64,000 bases of DNA, taken from Gemmatimonadota bacterium (GTDB lineage Bacteria > Gemmatimonadota > Gemmatimonadetes > Gemmatimonadales > GWC2-71-9). This document shows positions 60,153 through 64,000 of this stretch, in pieces. The stretch is from positions 116,992 through 180,991 of the forward strand of contig JAZDCY010000042.1 in the NCBI GenBank assembly GCA_036679645.1, given 5' to 3'. Position 1 is the stretch's first letter. Each line of letters starts with the position of its first letter. Made by a program: the position numbers and the translations under genes. Under the pieces are notes generated by a model. It had not been told where the DNA came from. It was given only the letters and a program-made list of their open reading frames with translations, and searched no databases.

Positions 60153-60554
60153 TCACCGCCAGCCTGCCTTGAACGCGTCTTCGACATGCACCACCCGCAG
60201 GTGCCCCCGGCGTATGCGCTCGATCCCAATCACGTCGAATCTGTAGACATCGTGCGGCCGGCGGTGCCGATCTATCCAGGCCTGGGCCACTCGAGCAATG
60301 TCTCGCTGCTTGCTCCGAGTGACGGCCTCCAGCGGGCTCCCGAACGTACGGCTCAGCCGAGTCTTCACCTCCACAAACGCCACGATCGTCCCGAGCCGAG
60401 CGACGAGATCGATCTCCAGCCGGCCCATCGTGAAGCGATGGTCGAGGATCTGCCAGCCGCGCCGCCGGAGAAACTCCTTGGCCAGCTCCTCGCCGTCGAC
60501 GCCCAAACGGTGACGCCGGTCCTTCCAGCTTGCAGGGTCCGTGCGGATGCGCAT
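60153..60554 (-). CDS. yraN: YraN-family (UPF0102) endonuclease-like protein
   Basis: LG..GEELA..FL, EIDLVA, FVEVKTR, P.EAVT..KQ, RFDVI. Confidence 0.92.
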   Translation of the reverse strand: MRIRTDPASWKDRRHRLGVDGEELAKEFLRRRGWQILDHRFTMGRLEIDLVARLGTIVAFVEVKTRLSRTFGSPLEAVTRSKQRDIARVAQAWIDRHRRPHDVYRFDVIGIERIRRGHLRVVHVEDAFKAGWR

Positions 60555-60635
60555 GGCGCACAATAGGCTGTGGTGTGCGGGCGAGCGTCATCGAAACAGC
60601 TCAGTTTGGTATCGCCTTCTTGCAGACGGGTCTCT

Positions 60636-60740
60636 CGTGCAGCGTGCAGCGTGCAGCGTGCAGCGTGCAGCGTGCAGCGTGCAGCGTGCAGCGTGCAGCG
60701 TGCAGCGTGCAGCGTGCAGCGTGCAGCGTGCAGCGTGCAG
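60636..60740. repeat. Perfect heptamer tandem repeat (CGTGCAG)x15
   Basis: 105 nt counted directly. Confidence 0.95.
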
Positions 60741-60758
60741 AATGTAACGGAAACACAC

Positions 60759-60891
60759 GGCGTGCCGCGCAGACCGACAGGTCCCGGAGCGCGCGTCAGC
60801 TCGCTGCCCCAGCCCGCGATAGCAAAGGACCCAACGAGCTGCAGGGCGCGGAGGGACCTGTTGGCTCAAGCGGCACGCGGACTGTCGAGCG
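60759..60891. repeat. 133-bp palindromic element, copy 1
   Basis: Matches 62542-62674 with 5 substitutions by eye; nested inverted repeats. Confidence 0.92.
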
Positions 60892-60991
60892 TGCAGAGGC
60901 CGGTCGGCGCGGGGCGCGGATGGACGGAAGTCAAGACGGGCCCGGCGTTCCAACCGCCGAGCCCGTAGACCATCTAAGGATTGGGGGGATG

Positions 60992-61723
60992 CTACGCGTT
61001 CTCGATGTCGAGCCCTTTGCGGCGCCGTCGCAATGCAGCCCCGCCAATGCCCAGGAGACCCGAGCCCAGGAGCACCATCGTGACTGGTTCCGGCACGACT
61101 GTGCATGGCGGATAGTCCCCGGCCCCGCCCGTGTCACACTTGAGCGACTGGTTCCCGTTCGGCCCGATCTGCTGTGAGTGCCAGCGTAGTTGCGTATCGC
61201 CGGTCAGCGCAAACTGGCCAGTTGTGGTGAACTTCAGCACTACCATATAGGGGTCAGCATCCGTCGAGCACGTGCTCCAGTGTGTCCCGCCAAATGCATC
61301 CATACAACCGACAATTCCGTCCGCACCCGAGGTCCCTGCGGACCCGTCGATTCTCACTCCGGCTAGGGTCTTGATGTCGTTCGACGGCGCAGACCAGAAA
61401 CTCGAGATATCCGTCCCGCCGCCAACGGCACCAGTCTGGTTGTACCATACGCCCGCGAGGCCGACGGTGCCAACGTTATTCCACACGTTGTAAAGACCGA
61501 TTGCGGTCATCGTGTGCTTGACGCCGAACGTGCCTTGGAGGTTGCGCACGCGAATGATCAGCCCATTGCCGCCGTCGACCACTTCCACCTGAACACTGGC
61601 GCAGACGCCGAGGAGCGGGCCGCCTATACAGTATGGGTTCCATCCGGACGGCAGTGCGTGCGCGGGTGTTGGTGCCGCCGCTACCGCCGCCAAGGCAACC
61701 AACCCGCCGAAGAGTTTTCTCAT
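60992..61723 (-). CDS. PEP-CTERM sorting domain protein
   Basis: Signal peptide (MRKLFGGLVALAAVAAAPTPAHA); Gly/Ser/Thr-rich body with six Cys; C-terminal VPEPVTMVLLGSGLLGIGGAALRRRRK. Confidence 0.93.
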   Translation of the reverse strand: MRKLFGGLVALAAVAAAPTPAHALPSGWNPYCIGGPLLGVCASVQVEVVDGGNGLIIRVRNLQGTFGVKHTMTAIGLYNVWNNVGTVGLAGVWYNQTGAVGGGTDISSFWSAPSNDIKTLAGVRIDGSAGTSGADGIVGCMDAFGGTHWSTCSTDADPYMVVLKFTTTGQFALTGDTQLRWHSQQIGPNGNQSLKCDTGGAGDYPPCTVVPEPVTMVLLGSGLLGIGGAALRRRRKGLDIENA

Positions 61724-62238
61724 GAACCTTCCCCTTTACCACCCCGAAGATGTCTTATCGCCGCGTACGCGCCGACCGCGGACGCGACCGTGAAGGTCAC
61801 TCCCAGCAGCGATGTCTTCACAATGGCCTTTTTCACACCAAGCGCGGCAGGCCCCTCGACGGAGCCCAACGCCATCGGGACGTCGGTCAGGAACAGCAAG
61901 TACGCCGCTGCGAGAAACACCGACCACATCCCGAGCACTACCGCAACCGCAACCAATAAACGCCGACTACCCAACGCCAACCCCGCCCCGAGCAGCCCCG
62001 CAAACCCGATCGCGATCAGCGCCAGCCCACTGAAACTCGCCGCGATCGTCCCAAACTCCCATTCCGGCGTCCCAAGGTGCATGGGGTACCAGACCAGGGC
62101 AAAGTCCCCCACTCCCACAACCAGCAGTACGAACCCAATCCACCCGATCCAACGCCACCCCGTTTCGGGGTCTTCCGCTAGCGGCCGAACTCGCTTCCGA
62201 CCGGCCTTCTCCTCAACCAGGACCTTCCGCTCAGCCAT
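61720..62238 (-). CDS. Four-TM membrane protein of unknown function
   Basis: Four hydrophobic segments; WYPMHLGTPEWEFGT loop; G-rich RBS; ATGA overlap with the PEP-CTERM gene. Confidence 0.8.
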   Translation of the reverse strand: MAERKVLVEEKAGRKRVRPLAEDPETGWRWIGWIGFVLLVVGVGDFALVWYPMHLGTPEWEFGTIAASFSGLALIAIGFAGLLGAGLALGSRRLLVAVAVVLGMWSVFLAAAYLLFLTDVPMALGSVEGPAALGVKKAIVKTSLLGVTFTVASAVGAYAAIRHLRGGKGEGS

Positions 62239-62466
62239 CGTCCCCCCTCGAACACACACTCATTCCCAGCTCCCAACCACCGCGAGACGGAGGGACGGTC
62301 CTTGGCAAAGGTGAGCTATTGCACATTTCGGGCCCTCGAGCGCTCAGCGCAGACACGCGCAAGTATTTTGTTCATAATGACTTACTGAGATGGGGCGAGC
62401 ATCCAACACCATCCGCCCACGCCGAATCAGCCCAACACATATGGCTCGCTTCCAACATGAGGACAC

Positions 62467-62522
62467 CGTGCAGCGTGCAGCGTGTGACGCGCAGCGTGCA
62501 GGGCGCAGAGTGCAGGGTGTAC
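62467..62522. repeat. Degenerate CGTGCAG array (about 8 units)
   Basis: cgtgcag cgtgcag cgtgtga cgcgcag cgtgcag ggcgcag agtgcag ggtgtac. Confidence 0.85.
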
Positions 62523-62541
62523 GGTACGGCGGAAGTCGACG

Positions 62542-62674
62542 GGCGTGGCGCGCAGACCGACAGGTCCCGGAGCGCGCGTCAGCTCGCTGCCCCAGCCCGC
62601 GATAGCAAAGTACCCCACGAGCTGCAGCGCGCGGAGGGACCTGTTGGCTTAAGCGGCACGCGGACTGTCGAGCG
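62542..62674. repeat. 133-bp palindromic element, copy 2
   Basis: Direct repeat of 60759-60891; ends 6 nt from the ftsK stop codon. Confidence 0.92.
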
Positions 62675-62680
62675 CACGTC

Positions 62681-64000
62681 TCACTTACTGTATTCGTCCA
62701 ACTGCTCCGCACCAATCAGCACCTCCCGAGGCTTCGACCCATCCGGCGGCCCTAGAATACCCACCGCCTCTAATTGGTCGATAATCCGCGCCGCACGCCC
62801 ATACCCTATCCTGAGCTTCCGCTGCAACAACGATGTCGAGCCGAGCTGATGCTGAAGACACGTCTCCGCAGCTTCGCGGAACAGCGCATCGCGATCACCC
62901 ACTTCAACAGCCGCGCCGTCCGCGCCCTCGCTCGCCTCGATCGCCTCGATCACCTCGAGGATGTCCGATTCGCGAGTCTCGGGTGCCACAAGCCCGCGCT
63001 GTTCCAACGCTTCATCGCGTAGCTTGCGTTGGTCGGCATACCAACCGGTGAGATCCTCGGTCTCTTCCGTCGAGATGAACGCCCCCTGCAAGCGCGTTGG
63101 CTCGCTCTTGCCGGGCGGCAAAAAGAGCATGTCCCCGTTCCCCAGTAGCGCCTCGGCGCCGTTCTGATCGAGGATCGTCCGGCTGTCCACCTTGGACGCC
63201 ACTCGGAACGCAATCCGGCTCGGGAAGTTGGCCTTGATGAGACCCGTGATCACGTTCACCGACGGACGCTGCGTCGCGAGCACGAGGTGAATGCCGGTCG
63301 CGCGCGCCTTCTGGGCGAGAAGTGCCAACGGTTTCTCGACCTCGCTCTGGACCGTCATCATGAGATCGGCCAGCTCGTCCACGATCACCACGATCTGCGC
63401 CAGCAGTCCCTCCTCGTAGGGAAGCGGAAGTTCTTCTTGCGCGTCGTCCGTTCCGGGACGTCGTTTGGGTGTCGGGAGAACGAGTTCCTTTCCGTCCGTA
63501 ACCTTGCGGTTGAGGTCTTCGATGTTGCGCGCGCCATTGGCGTTGAAAAGCCCGTAGCGCCGCTCCATCTCGTGGACCGCCCACTTGAGCGCCTGTGCCG
63601 CCTCTTTGTTGTTGGTTACTACCGGATGCCGCAGGTGCGGCAATTCGTTGTAGCCCGACAGCTCGACCATCTTGGGATCGATCATCAGCATGCGCAGCTC
63701 GACCGGCGTGTACCGGTAGATCAGGCTCGTGATGATCGTGTTGATGCACACCGACTTGCCCGAACCCGTGGCACCTGCAATCAGCAGGTGCGGCATCTTC
63801 GCGAGATCGGCTATCACCGGCCGGCCCTCGAGATCTCGACCCAGAGCGATCGGCAGCGTCCCGCGCGTCGTCTCCCACTCGGGCGCCTCGAACAACTCCC
63901 GTAACTGGACGATCCGGGCAACGGGATTCGGTACCTCGACACCCACAGCGGCTTTCCCGGGAATCGGCGCCACTATGCGAATGGACTGCGCCCGCATGGC
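62681..64000 (-). CDS. ftsK: DNA translocase FtsK, C-terminal motor and gamma domains (5' end outside window)
   Basis: PHLLIAGATGSGKS, IDPKMVEL, VDELADLMM, ATQRPSV, GAEALLGNGDMLF, STSLLQRKLRIGYGRAARIID. Confidence 0.97.
   Translation of the reverse strand, partial: AMRAQSIRIVAPIPGKAAVGVEVPNPVARIVQLRELFEAPEWETTRGTLPIALGRDLEGRPVIADLAKMPHLLIAGATGSGKSVCINTIITSLIYRYTPVELRMLMIDPKMVELSGYNELPHLRHPVVTNNKEAAQALKWAVHEMERRYGLFNANGARNIEDLNRKVTDGKELVLPTPKRRPGTDDAQEELPLPYEEGLLAQIVVIVDELADLMMTVQSEVEKPLALLAQKARATGIHLVLATQRPSVNVITGLIKANFPSRIAFRVASKVDSRTILDQNGAEALLGNGDMLFLPPGKSEPTRLQGAFISTEETEDLTGWYADQRKLRDEALEQRGLVAPETRESDILEVIEAIEASEGADGAAVEVGDRDALFREAAETCLQHQLGSTSLLQRKLRIGYGRAARIIDQLEAVGILGPPDGSKPREVLIGAEQLDEYSK

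Noticed and set aside
60636..60740. CRISPR array, or coding repeat (ORFs reading CSVQRAA / LHAARCT)
   Set aside because: No spacers or cas genes; the ORFs are translations of a stop-free heptamer repeat
60759..60891. Intrinsic terminator or tRNA
   Set aside because: No U-tract, too long for a terminator, and no cloverleaf or T-loop motif

Overview
GC-rich bacterial window; the style of the recA and PEP-CTERM sequences suggests Gemmatimonadota (inference). Bases 1-58.3 kb form a surface-glycan/exopolysaccharide tailoring island. It contains many GT2 and GT4 enzymes, two GT-C enzymes, a GT2-GT10 fusion, GT11, a Wzx flippase, nucleotide-sugar epimerases (one GDP-mannose 3,5-epimerase-like), four SAM methyltransferases, a CE4 deacetylase, three Gfo/Idh/MocA enzymes, GMC and PQQ/cytochrome c oxidoreductases, and an ABC transporter. 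It also has three MBOAT + SGNH-like acylation cassettes and a NodU/CmcH carbamoyltransferase-sxtJ-sxtK-like cassette. IS3 remnants and a disrupted TonB-dependent receptor gene lie beside the acylation cassettes. The right end is core genome (recX, recA, yraN, ftsK), with a PEP-CTERM gene pair bracketed by two copies of a 133-bp palindromic element, each joined to a CGTGCAG heptamer array. Main lead: a 52-aa ORF missing from the ORF track (484-642) ends in FIYTIF. This is the DltX-type Tyr acyl-shuttle motif, which all three MBOATs here carry as FIYFQF, and it suggests a transmembrane carbamoyl relay. All family calls come from motif recognition by eye; no searches were run.
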